Assembly: GCF_006345805.1 (NCBI RefSeq) | Contig: NC_043017.1 | Coordinates: 22,816,001 to 22,880,000, forward strand | Direction: 5' to 3' | Source: Octopus sinensis | Taxonomy: Eukaryota | DNA length: 64,000 nt | Position numbers and translations under genes: made by a program | Shown: in pieces, positions 1 through 13,580 of the stretch | Position numbering within the stretch: the stretch's first letter is position 1 | Layout: each line of letters opens with the position of its first letter | The notes under the pieces: generated by a model | Databases searched by the model: none | Told to the model about the DNA's origin: nothing | What the model saw: the letters and a program-made list of their open reading frames with translations, nothing else

Positions 1-3000
1 GGCTTAACATTGCATTCTAACTGTAAAAGAACCCCACCATCATACAAGTAATGACATTCCATTTGCAATCTTTCATGGAAATACTCAACTATTGTGTTAT
101 TTGTGTTCAAAGGATTAGGGGAAAATATTGCCTTATTTGAAAGCAAGTGAGGAGAATAGGTGACAGGAAGAAGATCCGGCTGTAGAAAATCTGACTCAAG
201 GAATTTCATCAGACTTATGCAAACATGGAAAAGAGGACATTAAAAGATGATGAGGATGATGATGATACAGGTTAAATTGTGAGCAAAAGCAGAAACTGGT
301 CACTTCTCCAGGCCACTTCCACTTGCATCACACAGTTTGCAGGATTGTACTACACCACGAGACTCCAATTTTCTGGTTTAGTCAAAACAATTAGTCTTCT
401 ACTTGGACATAGCTGCTCCATCTGGTGTCAATAACTGACTACTTTCCTTGAACAACCTACACTCTCTTCTGCCCTTACCTTGACCACAACTGTCCCTTTT
501 CTCCCCATACACAATTCACACCCATCCATCTCACGCCCACCCAATGTATGTTATCTCAATGGTTATTTATTCTTTACTATCACTTGGACATTCTTACACA
601 ACATTTCCCAAATAAATACTTTCTTCTCTCTCATACACACTCACACACTTTGCCACACTGCTTTTATTCCCCTTAGCTTAAATTCACTCTTCTATGCTGA
701 AGACCACCTATTCTACTCATTTCTTGTTTGCCCTACCAGCAAGTTTCGCCTTCAACAGTCACCCATTGCTTCATTTTCCTTCCAGTTATTTTCCTTCTCT
801 TCTCCATCTTTATTTTGACAAAGGAAAATTGTTTGAAACATCAATAAAGATCTCTTTCTTTCACAGTACAATTACATTGATTTTGTACACTTGTTTGGTG
901 TTTTCAATGCTTTTTAAATTCTTTCCTTTTTTTTTTATATCCAGTTTTTGCTAATGTCTTAACCCAAATATGCAATTACCATACTAACACTAACCAAACC
1001 TAGCATTATCAGTAATACTGCATTTTTAATATAACTTAATTGATTTGTATTGACTCTTTGTCATTCTCTCTCTTTTATGATTGAGATATGTTCAAATACC
1101 TTTACAGAAATCTTGACTATGTTTCTTCCATGTAATGTTTAAAGAAGTTTATATCAATAAGGGCTGGTGAGTCTATCATCTTCCCAATGATAATCACAAA
1201 TTCTACATTCTATAATGTAGTATTAAATACATGATGTGTGAGATAAAAAAAAAATAAAAATAAATACGCTTGTTGAGACTGAAATACTTTTGACTGTAGA
1301 TGTGGTCAATCATGGCCAACCCTGGGCTAAGAAACAACAACTTCACCGAAGCAGATTTTCAACAGCTGAATGCCCTTGCCCTCACCTTGGCGGAATTTGA
1401 ACTCAGAACGTAATGGCAAACGAAATACCACTAGGCATTTCACCCAGCGTGCTAACAATTCTGCCAGCACACCGCCTTTAGCAGTTATTTCTATTAAGTT
1501 AAAGAATCTAGTAGAGCAGTTTTCAGTGGCTTGTTATCTTATTGTTTGCAATATATGTCTCAAATTCTTCAAATAAACTAGCATCTCAGCAACTTAATAA
1601 GGAAAAAAAAAATTCTAGTAGCATATGATACTTGGTAATATCAATTGGTAAAGAGAAGAAAAAAGAAAGGTTATACAGCTATTTTGTTTTCATTTTTTTT
1701 CTTTTTGTGAATTAATAAAACCAGCTATGTCTGGGGATGGATCTGAACAAAAACATTAATACATACATTCTAAAGATTGCATATGCAAATTCTTAAACAT
1801 TATCAAAGAAGAGCGTGGAGTTAATATTCTGGATTCAGAATACATAACTATAAAAAGATAACACAAGTATCAATACCAGAAATTATTAATCAATACCAAA
1901 GATTTTTATCTCTTCAAGTCATCTCCAATCCCACAATAGTTCAAAACATTTGTATTCACCCTCTGAGAGTGATATAAAGAAAAGTTCTAGAAAGTTACCT
2001 TTAAAATGTGAAAAACCAATACACTTATAACACACAGTAACCAAACTGTGATTCAAATGACCTTTTAAGAAATGTAAACTAAGTCGATATTTCTTACAGA
2101 AGTGAAATTGTAACACTGGATGTCAGTGACCTGCTTTGTCAACATCTAAAGCTAAATCTGAACCATTTATTACTTAACACCAACAGAAAAAAATTGGTTC
2201 TCACTAGACCAAACCAAAAGTTGGTTTGCAAAGAACAAGATCTTCATACATGTTTTTATTACTAACCACTATGCCAGGCTTGGGAATAGGAATTGATCTG
2301 TTCTATCTTATAAGAAGTCTGCAAATGGTGATAAAATTTTATTTCTTTTTTACTTGCAGGGCCTGTTTGATAAAAGAAAGTTATAGTTGATGCTTGCCTT
2401 CTTAATACATTAGTGATAGAGAAGTAAGGAGGATCAATCAACGACTAACTGCCATATAATCAGCTAGGTCCTCCCTCCCAAACTTGAGGCTTTGTACCAA
2501 TGTAAGAAACCAATATATTACTGGTACCTAGTTTACAGAGGGATATAAAGTCAGACAGGGTAGGGTTTTAACTATCTATGCCACAACATTTGAGCAAAGA
2601 TAATGAAAAGTGTAAAACAGTTAGATAATTTGATATATTTTTCATAAGGAATTTTAAGTTTGAAACATCAATATTAGTGGGAGAAAAAAATTCTCAACAT
2701 AAACATTAAGAATAGTCAATATTTCAACCAAGGTCAACTTCGACTTTCATCCTTTTAGGGGTGGGTTCGATAAAATATGTACCAATTGAACATTGGGGTT
2801 GATGTAATTGACTTACCCCTCCCTCAAACTTGCTGGCCTGGTGCCAAAATTAGAAACCAATATTTAATATTTAGAGTTAATTTCTCATATAACAAAAAAA
2901 CAAATAAATAAAATTCAATTCATAGAGATGCAGTGAAGTTCTGGCATTATGATAACATATTCATTCTCCCTTCTGCCACCACATTGATTTCAATTTAAGG

Positions 3001-3109
3001 TCAGCAGATCGGGCCCCAGTGCTCAACTGGTACTTATTTTATCAACCCTGAAAAGATGCAAGGCAAAGTTGACTTGATCGAATTTGAACTCAGAGCATAA
3101 AGTCGGATG

Positions 3110-3200
3110 AAACCAGATGGCTGCACCAGACTCCAATCTGATCTGGCAGAGTTTCTACAGCTGGATGCCCTTCCTAACGCCAACCACTCCGAGAGTGTAG
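3110..3200 (-). mobile_element. RTE-LINE 3' tail fragment
   Basis: Reverse complement of the CACTACACTCTCGGAGTGGTTGGCGTTAGGAAGGGCATCCAGCTGTAGAAAC tail that terminates the RTE element at 21767-23413. Confidence 0.8.
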
Positions 3201-3224
3201 TAAATATATATATATATATATATA

Positions 3225-3360
3225 ACGGGAAGCTTTATGAAAATAGACAAAAGACGAAGGCAGGTTTACGGAAATAAACAAAAGACGAAGGCAGGTGGAA
3301 TACAAACAAACAATTGTATTAGTATGGCGCTCAGGAAATATAAATAAAACAAGTCTTTAA
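3225..3360 (-). mobile_element. Truncated Penelope-type short element (hammerhead region missing)
   Basis: Shares GTATTA..GGCGCTCAGGAAA block and layout with the 53060-53260 element; internal direct repeat ACAAAAGACGAAGGCAGGT. Confidence 0.45.
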
Positions 3361-3364
3361 TATA

Positions 3365-3660
3365 TGTGAATGTGGAAGCAGTGGACTCGCAGTTGTAAGA
3401 TCGTGGTTTCAATTTCCAGACTGGGCGTTGTGAGTGTTTATTGAGTGAAAACACCTAAAGCTCCATGAGGCTCCGGCAGGGGTGGGGGCGATCCCTGCTG
3501 TACTCTTTCACCACAACTTTCTCTCACTCTTTCTTCTGTTGGCCTGCTCGCTTAGCCAGTGGGGTGGCGTCATTTGAAGGCTAAAACAATGCAAAGCGCT
3601 TTGTGACCAGCGATGTGTATCGACATCTGATAGCCTGGTCAGTCATGGTGATCATGGTGA
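3365..3660 (+). mobile_element. tRNA-derived SINE (family D)
   Basis: tRNA-like head (GTGGACTCGCAG..GGTTTCAATTTCC); 3' block AAAACAATGCAAAGCGC..GTGACCAGCGATGT shared with 19845-20125. Confidence 0.65.
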
Positions 3661-4875
3661 TATATATATATATATATACACATACATACACACACAGATT
3701 TTTTTGTGGGTTAACAAGGCACTCAATGGTTTCATGTAGAGAGAAATCTCAACAATTATCAAACCTTCCACATGGGAAGGCTGGTACCAGCGTACACGCA
3801 TGTGTGTATACATGCATGCATGTGTGTATACATGCATGCATGTGTGTGTGCATATGTCTATATGTTCATATCATTTAAAAAATAACAGGTTTTGTGTTAA
3901 TCTTGAATCCATTTATGTCCTGCAACTACGTGGTTTGGTAAAAAGAGATTGATAAGATGAGTCCCAGTCTGGCTACAGTCCATTTACCGGAAACCCGTAT
4001 AAGGGTAGAAGAGTAAACATTAAGACTAGTAACACTGATATCTATCTATGAACTTGCTTGTTATTATGAAATCATTCTCTCTCTTACATGAAGTGATTGC
4101 CTCGTTCTTTCTTCTACCAAAAGAGTCATTATAATCAATATTCCATCACTAAACTATAAATCAAGTAATGGAAACTAAACTTCCAATATTTTTCATTGCA
4201 TTACAATCTGACAGGAAAATGTTGACCGTAACGCCCGAATCTAGTCTTGTATCTTGCCCAATCTTAGAGAACATTACAAATTACTTTAACATCAAAAATA
4301 CACAGTAGTTTGTGTCAGTTGCAAGTTAAATGAAGCATATCAATGTTGTTGAGACTACAGTTACTGTCGAATAGATCTTTTTTATTTTTATTTTTAAATT
4401 CTATTACATTAAAGATGACTCTAAGTCTTGTGACGTTTAAGCATTTTAATTGTGTTGTTAGAGTTTTTGTTGTTTTCCTTTCTTTTTTCTGGGTTATTAG
4501 AAATAATAGAAGAGAAAATACTTTGATGTTTGCTTTTTTATCTTTAAAATATTATCGAATGGCTAAAAAAAGAAATGCTAATGTTGATGTGGAGGTAAAG
4601 TGTTTGTGTAACGTTGTAAGACAACTCAATACTGTCTAATACAAAGTGATTTAATTTAGCACTGTATGGAGCAATAGTAATCTAACAATTGTTAAAAATT
4701 GCGGGGTTTTTTGGATTTTATAGTGAGATAGAGAGAGAATGAAAGGCTGAACAAGTGGGAAAGAGAAAAATGGAAGTAATGTCCGTTGATAGAAAAAGAG
4801 AAGGGTAAAATAAGATATTGAGTAAAACAGAGAGCAAAAGAATGAGAAGTAGCTATTGAGTAATATAAATGAATA

Positions 4876-5268
4876 GGCACAGGAGTGGCTGTGTGGTAAG
4901 TAGCTTGTTTACCAACCACATGGTTCCGGGTTCAGTCCCACTGCGTGGCACCTTGGGCAAGTGTCTTCTACTATAGCCTCGGGCCGACCAAAGCCTTCTG
5001 AGTGGATTTGGTAGACAGAAACTGAAAGAAGCCCGTCGTATATATGTATATATATGCGTGTGTGTGTTTGTCCCCCTAGCATTGCTTGACAACCGATGCT
5101 GGTGTGTTTATGTCCCCGTTACTTAGCGGTTCGGCAAAAGAGACCGATAGAATAAGTACTGGGCTTACAAAAAAGAATAAGTCCCGGGGTCGAGTTGCTC
5201 GATTAAAGGTGGTGCTCCAGCATGGCCGCAGTCAAATGACTGAAACAAGTAAAAGAGTAAAAGAGTAA
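4876..5268 (+). mobile_element. Full-length tRNA-derived SINE (family A), young copy
   Basis: A-box-like TGGCTGTGTGGT, B-box-like GGTTCAGTCC, central (TA)/(TG) microsatellite, GTAAAAGA tandem tail; near-identical to 61261-61640 and 62437-62808. Confidence 0.9.
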
Positions 5269-6606
5269 ATGGTTAAAACTATTATTGAGAAGAAGATGGA
5301 GTGAGATGAGGAAGGAGAGAGAGAGAGGCTTATTGCTGGGAGAGGACAGTAACGAAAATGAATATAGGAAGTAGAATTTTATAAAATAGACGGTGACAGA
5401 TGGGGAACAGTTTTCTGGTTAAAATGGGAGGAGAAGAAAGAAAGGTTTGAAAAGGGAAAGAAAAGAGAGGTAGGTATAAGAAGACTGTTGAGGCAAATTA
5501 GGTAGAAGGGTTAGAGATGAAAGATGTAGATATTGAAAGAAGACAAAGAAAGAGATGTTGTTCTTGGTAGGTAAGAGAGGTAAAAAGCATGAGGGGAAGG
5601 AATGTGGGCGGAAATATATGGGAGGGTGTGGATAGCCGTATGGGTGGATTGACATAAGGGGCCTATACAGATGGTTAGATAAATATAGAGAGATAGACAG
5701 ACAGACACACATGTATACATGTGCATAGACAGAGGCATAAAAGCAGACAGACATGGGGTAGGTGAGGAGACAGAGAAAGAGAGACCAGTACACATGCGGA
5801 CGGACAGACAGACATAGAAATAACTTGGGAAGAGAGAGATGGGGAAGTAATTCTACAAATAATTGTTGTCTTTTGCCAGTATTCTAATTTAAAGCCACCT
5901 GCTGACAAAGTCTCTAAAAAGCCACATGTAAAAGAACAGCTTTAGCCTTAAAACCAAAACAGTACTTTAATACAAGCTGTATAACTATCAATTTGTAAAA
6001 TTAAAGATTCATTATTTTTCCGCAACACAGATGTGTCTCTACAGGTTCTTATGAACTTATAAGTTACACTTATTGCTAAAATGATTCCTCGTTCTTTGTC
6101 TAGTCAACAGGACTAGATTAAGAAACAGGAAGTTATGATGTTCTTACCTTTCCCCAAGGGCAATAGAAATCTAAGTGGAGTGAAATTAGTTTTCAACTAA
6201 GATTTTGTGCTTTTTGTCAAATCACAAGATCAGTTTTTATGGAAAGCATGGATAAGTGAATCAGTACATTATGTATATTTTACTGAAAGCAAAAAGAGAA
6301 TGCAATGTCAACTTTAGTGCACCACAAATTCTAAACGTTAAAAAGAGAGAATCAAATATTAGATATTCCACCCTATGCTCTTCCATTAGCGTTGGTGTAT
6401 ATTCACTGTCTTACATCTCAGAATAATTATTGAGATAAAGAGACAAATACATATGTATATACTCAACTCAATTATATTTGTGTGCTGATAAAGTTATCAA
6501 AAGAATTTCAATGAATTTTCTTTACTTAGTAACTTTCCTTTTTCTCTTCCACGCACACTAAGAGATCTTCTGCTTGTTCCACTCTCTTTGGCAAATATGC
6601 ACATGC

Positions 6607-6649
<43 letters not shown>

Positions 6650-7304
6650 AACACACACATTCTATTCCTCTCACATACACACACTCTCTCTCCTATCAAG
6701 TGTAAAAATCTCTAGCTTTTCCTTCAATACATTTTGTTTTTCTTATATCTCTCACAATAACTTTCTAGTCTTTTCCTCTCTCTCTCCTAACAAAGACTTT
6801 ATATAACAACTCAAACTTGCTGTTTCATACACCTCATCTCCACTTCCTAATACAAACCATACTATTTCATTCAGAGCTTCTCTTCATCTCTTATTTCTAA
6901 CTTTCTCTTATCTACACACTCCAATTATCTTTTCGTTTTCAACACATTTTCCACAACTCTCATTCAAAATTAATCTGTCTTATTTTACTTATCGTTATAG
7001 AAGCTTCTTGTTGCCTCCATCTTCTTCTTAATTGCATTATTTTCATTAATTGCCACTTTCACTTAGCAATTTGAATGTTAGTTTGTTCTGTAGCCCCAGG
7101 TTAGCCTCTACTGAGATCTTAGATCGAAAGCACTTTAGTCCTGTTCTTCCTATTTTCAGACAGTCTATTATCTAAGATTACATTACCCAAAGTGACCTAC
7201 TTTTTCTATTTATTGTTTTTAAGAGGCAAATGTGGCTACTATTATTTCCTACAATTGAAAGAGCCATCAAGAAGCTCCCTGCTGGTTCATTTAAAGGCAA
7301 TATT

Positions 7305-7512
7305 TTAACTTTTTAGCAATCTGATTACTTTATCAAATGTAATATTTTTTTATTCACATAATCTTGTCACTTCCAGATTTTGATCAAGTGATTGTTTATT
7401 TTTCAGAATGACATAGTAGGGTAGGTGTGAGAGACCAGATCTGTTCTGTGTGAACATAAAACATGTAGAATATTTGGGCCAGATACAGCTGGTTTAAATG
7501 CGAAAGGGTTAA
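7305..7512. mobile_element. piggyBac-like MITE
   Basis: TTAA at both ends; right end AAAGGGTTAA, degenerate left end TTAACTTTTTAGCA; homologous to the interrupted copy at 21552-23439. Confidence 0.6.
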
Positions 7513-7933
7513 AGCTGCATATTACCCCTAGTGCCGGCCTTTGAGAAATTGGAACCTTATCTTCATTCTGAAATACTCTTCTTCTGGACCAGTGATTCTC
7601 AAAACCATTTTTTGCCTATGGACCCCTTTGGTTTCTATTTTACTCAGATGGACCCTCATAGCCATCTAGTATATAAAAAAAATCTACAGTAGTTTTATAA
7701 TTAGATATTATTAGGAATTGTATAAATACATGTATGCACATGTGTGTGTATAATAGTGTTTGTTGGTTTGCTTATGTCTCCACGGCTCAGTGATTATAGC
7801 ATCAGGCTCACAATCATGAGGTAGTGAGTTTGATCCCCATCCAGTGTGCTAATGATTCTGCAAGGTCACTGTCTTAATGTGTGTATAATAATACATTAAG
7901 AAAAGCTTAAATTAAGGTCTGTTATAGAATATA

Positions 7934-8446
7934 TCTATATATATAAAACTCTAGTTGTGTGAGTGTCTGTCCCCTTCGATTTAGATTCCTAACTCCTCCC
8001 ACATTTTGCGGTGCAGTTTAACCAAATTCGGGTATCTTATAGTCGTGATTCATATCGAGCCCGTCTGGCTATTAGCACGTGTCAACGATGAGTCTACGAT
8101 TTTAAAAATAATTTAACATCATTTTTTATTCCATTTTAATGCATAATTTTTCGTGTGTCGATGGCGGCGGAGTTGGCGTCCACGGTCACACCTGCACCTG
8201 TTTGCTTCTCCACCTTCTTCCCTCCCTCGTGAAGCTGTGGGGAAGGGAGTGTAAAGAAATCAATGTCGTAATGCGTTGTCAAGGAGACCAGCGTTCTTTT
8301 AGAACAACGACTTCATGGCTTGAAGACACCAAAACAGAAATGGCTAAGAAAGCCCGAATTGGCATCTATAAGGAAAGTAACTCTCTAAAAATGCTTATAT
8401 AGTTATTTCCCTTACAAACCCGAGCAGCGCCGGGCGATACTGCTAG
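7934..8446 (+). mobile_element. Non-autonomous Helitron-like element, long variant
   Basis: 5' TC, 3' CTAG, GC hairpin CCCG-AGCAGCGC-CGGG just before the end, inserted between A7933 and T8447, no TSD; second copy at 54858-55137. Confidence 0.75.
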
Positions 8447-8467
8447 TTCTATATACATATATTTATA

Positions 8468-8844
8468 GGTACAGGAATGACTGTGTGGTAAGAAGCTTGC
8501 TTCCCAACCACATGGTTCTGGGTTCAGTCCCACTACGTGACATCTTGGGCAAGTGTCTTCTACTATAGCTTCGGGCCAACCAAAGCCTTGTAAGTGGATA
8601 TGCTAGATGGAAACTGAAAGAAACCCATCTGTGTGTTTGTGTTTGTCCCTCCCCCACATACACACAACATTGCTTGACAAGCAATGCTGGTGCATTTACC
8701 TCCTCGTAACTTAGCAGTTCAGCAAAAGAAACCAATAAAGTACTAGGCTTATAAAGAAGAAGTCCTGGGGTCAATTTGTTCGACTAAAGGCGGTGCTCCA
8801 GCACAGCTGCAGTCAAATGACTGAAACAAGTTAAAAGAAAAAAA
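8468..8844 (+). mobile_element. tRNA-derived SINE (family A), older copy
   Basis: Colinear with 4876-5268, with many CpG-type transitions. Confidence 0.85.
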
Positions 8845-9014
8845 ATAATACATAATGTATATAAAAACATACCAAAAATGGTCAAATATGCATAAGTCTT
8901 CTAGGTGCATCTATGTCAAATTAAGACCTTTATGTCAGGTAGGAACTCAGTTGCAAGTTGAGAAGTACCAGTTATAGTAATCTATTATTTTGTTGTAATT
9001 GCTAATGTAAAGGC

Positions 9015-9170
9015 AGGGAGCTGGCAGAACTGCTAGCATGGTGAGTAAAATTAATAATGGTATTTCATCCATCTACATTCTGATTTCAAATCCCACAGAG
9101 GTTAACTTTGCTTTTCATTCCTTCAGGGTCGATTAAGCAAGTACCAATTGAACACTGGGGCTGATCTAAT
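9015..9170 (+). mobile_element. tRNA-derived SINE (family B), diverged
   Basis: GAGCTGGCAGAA head, TTCAAATCCC B-box-like motif, TTTCATTCCTTCAGGGTCGAT..AAGTACCA core. Confidence 0.75.
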
Positions 9171-9174
9171 TTCT

Positions 9175-9400
9175 TTCTTTACAACCTACAAGGGGCTAAA
9201 CACAGAGGGGACAAACAAGGACAGACAAAGTGATTAAGTCGATTGCATTGACCCCAGTGCATAACTGGTACTTAATTTATTGACCCCGAAAGGATGAAAG
9301 GCAAAGTCAACCTCGGCGGAATTTGAACTCAGAACGTAACGAGACGAAATACGGCTACGCATTTCGCCCTGCGTGCTAACGGTTCTGCCAGCTAGCCGCC
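9175..9400 (-). mobile_element. Full-length tRNA-derived SINE (family B)
   Basis: Reverse complement of 50838-51066: GGCGGCTAGCTGGCAGAACCGTTAGCACG head to CCCCTTGTAGGTTGTAAAGAA tail. Confidence 0.9.
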
Positions 9401-9489
9401 TTTTACAAGCCATTGATCTAATTGACTTGCCCCATCTTCGAACTTGCTGGTCTTGTATCAAAATTTGAAACCAATATTCTCTTGATGCA

Positions 9490-10120
9490 AGGCGGTAAGC
9501 TGGCAGAATCGTTAGCATACTGGGCAAAATCCTTAACAGCATTTTGTCCGCTGAGTTTGACTTTGCCTTTAATCCTTTTGGAGCTGATAAAATAAGTACC
9601 AGTTGAATACTGCGGTCAATTTAACCGATTTATCCGTCTCTGAAATTGCTGGCCTTGTGCCAAAATTTGAAACCAATATTTTGTTGTTATTGCAGCTTGG
9701 CAGAGTTTTTTAGAGCATCAGAAAAATGCCTCTTGGTATTTGTTCTGACTCCCTTAAATTCTGAGTTTAGTCTCTGTCAAGGTCAACTTAGCCTTTCATC
9801 CTGTCAAGGTTGATAAAGTACCAGTTGGACATTGGAATCAATGTAATTGGCTTATCCCGGTCCTGTAATTTCTGGCTTTGAAACTTATTATTACTTGTAA
9901 TAGTAAGGCTGTGAGCTGGTAGAATCGTTAGCACACCAGGTGAAATGCTTAGTGGCATTTCGTCTGTCTTCATGTTCTGAGTTCAAATTCCACCGAGGTC
10001 GACTTTGCCTTTCGTTCTGTTGGGTTGATAAAATAAGAACTAGTGGAACACTAGGAGTTAACAGTCAATTCTCCCTCTCCCACCAAATTTCAGGCTTTGT
10101 ACCAACAGTAGAAAGGATTA
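9490..10120 (+). mobile_element. Cluster of diverged family B SINE fragments
   Basis: Repeated GCTGGCAGAATCGTTAGCA / TTCTGAGTTCAAATTC / GCCTTTCATCC / AAGTACCAGTT blocks. Confidence 0.75.
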
Positions 10121-10409
10121 CTAATTATTATTAGTAGTAGTAGTGGTGGTGGTGGTGGTGGTAGTAGTGAGAAGCCTTTAGAATCATTAGAGCATTGGAA
10201 AAACTGCTTTGCAAATTACATTCTTTACATTCTGAGTTCAAATCCCACCCTGGTTAGCTTTACATTCTGAGTTCAAATTCCACCCTGATTAGCTTTGCCT
10301 TTCCTACCCAGGATCAATGTTATTAACCAACCCCGCTCTCCACAAAACAGACGGCACTGAGCCTAAAAATCAGAAAAATTCATAATTATCATTATTATTA
10401 TCATTATCA

Positions 10410-10443
<34 letters not shown>

Positions 10444-11699
10444 ACAAATCTCTTCAATCAAATTAAGAATATGCTATTATGCAAATCTGCAATGCATGTG
10501 GTATTTAAGCATCAATATGGAAATTCGAAATATATTAATTATAACAATATGAGATCTCACTGGGAACACAAAAACAAGAATACATTTGATTATTTTCAAA
10601 GATTATGGTGAAGCTGTGCGTTAATCGATATTTTTGACACTGAATTAATTTTATAAACAATTATCTCTACTCAATTCAAATTCATTTTAGACAAATCTCA
10701 ATTAATCCTGTCAGTTGAGGTTATCAGCTTGGTTTTCTTCATTATGCAATACCTAATCTAGATTGATATTATTTCTGGTATCACGCAAACCTTATCAATG
10801 GGAATTGATTTCTTCACATTTCAATAGTTAAATATTGTTATGGAATTGATATGTGTATGTACATGGGTAATATGAGTATGCATGTATAAATCTACATATG
10901 TACATGCCTGCACAAATATGTTCATTTATGCACAAACATGTAACCATGTATGGAAACATGCATACATATTTGCATCCGGGTGCATTCAAGGTGGTATCAA
11001 AAAGTTCCAGGACTAGTTCTAATTTCTTTATTGCCCACAAGGGGCTAAACATAGAAGGGACAAACAAAGACAGACAAAGGGATAAAGTCGATTACATCAA
11101 CCTCAGTACACAACTGGTACTTAATTTATCACTGTTCACAACTTTTTCAGTGACTTGTTGAGTTCTCTTTCTTGCAAATGAAATACAAAAATTAAGTAAA
11201 TAAGATATCAGTTATGAAATCAGGTTTCATTATGCAATTTAGCTTAACCTCAAATAATCACAATAAAAGAATGACTGCACCACACTGTGATTTAAAGTAG
11301 ATGTGACTTCTGCACTTATTTAAATAAAAACGGTTTAGAAAATACCAGTTAAAGAAAGAGGTATGCATATGTATATTGATAATAGTGTCAATCAAAGTGT
11401 CAGAATGATTAAGAGAAAGTTAGTGGACGGCAGGTGTCATTAGTCGTCATCTGTATTATTGCGGACGAGACATGTAAAGAAGTTTTGACTGATAGGTTTA
11501 GAATATAGAACTCCAAAACAAACAGAGGAGCATGCTTTCTCTTTCTAACTCTCTCCCACTTCTCTCTGTTTCCTTGTCCTACTGGGGTAACACCAAGTAT
11601 CTCCTCTGTAGACAGACAGCTATCCTTGTTCCTCTATCATACTCCAACCTCTCGCCAGTTCCACTCAGCTGAGAGGTCCTTGTTTTGCAAGCTACCTAT

Positions 11700-11928
11700 T
11701 TCTTTATTACCCACAAGGGGCTAAACATAGGGGGGACAAACATGGACAAGACATAGGTATTAAGTCGATTACATCGACCCCAGTGCGTAACTGGTACTTA
11801 ATTTATCGACCCCAAAAGGATGAAAGGCAAAGTCGACCTCGGTGGAATTTGAACTCAGAACATAGCGGCAGACAAAATACCGCTAAGCATTTCACCCGCT
11901 GTGCTAACGTTTCTGCCAGCTCGCCGCC
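11700..11928 (-). mobile_element. Full-length family B SINE
   Basis: Complete reverse-complement match to the family B layout. Confidence 0.9.
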
Positions 11929-12067
11929 TGGCAATCCTGTAGGTGCTAGTACCACATAAAAGCATTTGTGTTGGTGCTGCATAAAAAAGCACTTGTGCTG
12001 GTATCACATAGAAAGCTCCAATGCTGATATCATAAAAAATAAAACCACCCAGTACACTTTGTAAAGT

Positions 12068-12275
12068 AGCAGGCCGGGCGAAATGCGTAGCCGTATTTCG
12101 TCTGCTGTTATGTTCTGAGTTCAAATTCTGCCAAGGTCAACTTTGCCTTTCATCCTTTCGGGGTCGATTAAACAAGTACCAGTTATGCACTGGGGTCGAT
12201 ATAATCGACTTAATCCATTGGTTTGTCCTTGTTTGTCCTCTCTGCATTTAGCCCCTTGTGGGTAGTAAAGAAATA
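12068..12275 (+). mobile_element. Family B SINE, slightly 5'-truncated
   Basis: CCGGGCGAAATGCGTAGCCGTATTTCGTC through GGGTAGTAAAGAAATA. Confidence 0.9.
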
Positions 12276-12430
12276 AGTTGGCATTAAGAAGAACATCCAA
12301 CAGTAAGAATCATGCCAAAACAGACAACTGGAGCCTGGTGTAGCTCTCTGGTTTGCCAATTCCTGTCATATTGTCGAACCCATGCCAGCATGGAAAACAG
12401 ATGTTAAATGATGATCATGATGATAGTGAT

Positions 12431-12485
12431 GATGGGGGTGGGGTGATGATGGGGGTGGGGTGATGGTGGGGGTGGGGTGATGGTG
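12431..12485 (+). repeat. (GATGGGGGTGGGGT)-type G-rich repeat, G-quadruplex-capable
   Basis: Six G4-G5 runs separated by short T/GAT spacers. Confidence 0.7.
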
Positions 12486-12742
12486 GATTTGTTTTTGCAA
12501 TAACTGGAGAAAATTTACACCTCATATTGTTGAGAACAGTGATTGATAAATTAGTAATTGATATAGTGGATAGCAGCTAACATATACGAAAGCTACGATC
12601 CGATCTATGACTAATCTTTGGTTGCTGCTGAACAAACGATACCAGGATATAAAGTATGACTAGCAAGCTAACAAATCTGTTTTTAGAATATGACAACTAT
12701 AAGCTAAGCAAAGAATGTTCTGCATAGCAAAATAATTTTAAA

Positions 12743-12775
<33 letters not shown>

Positions 12776-13534
12776 GTAACAGCTTGATAGTAATAAATCT
12801 CTTTTGTTTTTGAAAATAGAAAAAGTAAATGGACATAAATATAAAAAAAGTTAAGATAAAAACAATTAAGTGTCTATTGGCTATCATGTCTAGTTTGATT
12901 GACTCGACATAAAATATTTATATAACTCATCCAGTATTCAGATAATTATCAGATAGATTTCCAAACCCATGTAGTGTTTGTGATGGAGAACAAATGTATT
13001 TCTCTTGCTCACATTTATACAGTTGCATGCATTTATGGGCATTAATGCGTGTCTGTCGAATAGTCAAGACCAATAAAAACCATTGAACAGGACAAGTTAT
13101 AACATTTATTACTTTATCTCTAACATATAAGCTTATTGACACTTTATGAAACAAAGTATCATTTTGGCTCTTTTTCACAAAATAACTGATATTTTATTGT
13201 CTTTAATACAAGTGTGTTGAACCTTTGAGCGATGGCATTTTTGTGTGTCAAACCAGAAAGGTTCGGGGTTAATTTTCTAATAGCAAGATGAGTATTCAAC
13301 TGTATAAACTAGGTTATCTTACTGGTATTTATTTCATAAGTCCTTCGTGGAGTTTTAGTGTGGAATATTAGAGATTATCTAATCAAATCATCTTCCTTCA
13401 AAAGGTAGATGTGCAGGTTCACTCCTTTAGAAGATATTCAACAGTAATGAGTATACAGTTCTATATCTAAGAGCTGAGGAATTATGTACATTATTTACAT
13501 TTGACAGATATTTGTCCTCATCTTGTTTGTTGTT

Positions 13535-13580
13535 AACACAATGTTTTGGCTGATATACCCTCCAGCTTTCATCAGGTGTC
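13535..13580 (-). ncRNA. Minimal hammerhead fold, inactivated (left arm)
   Basis: CUGAUGA intact and the same stems, but GAAA reads AAAA. Confidence 0.55.

Noticed and set aside
1727-2177. Apparent pseudogene reading MSGDGSEQKH*YIHSKDC..SHLQSHNSSKHLYSPSESD..
   Set aside because: It needs a frameshift and many stop read-throughs, and has no recognisable domain; compatible with chance in AT-rich DNA.
4853-5268. Recurrent ORFs such as MSSNARGTNT..RLPNPLTRLWSARGYSRRHLPK (also 8463, 14332, 34235, 61423, 62584)
   Set aside because: Antisense or sense translations of family A SINE copies, not genes.
4055-6115. Weak similarity between about 4055-4130 and 6050-6115 (ATGAACTT..GATT(G)CCTCGTTCTTT)
   Set aside because: Too short and diverged to call a duplication or repeat family.
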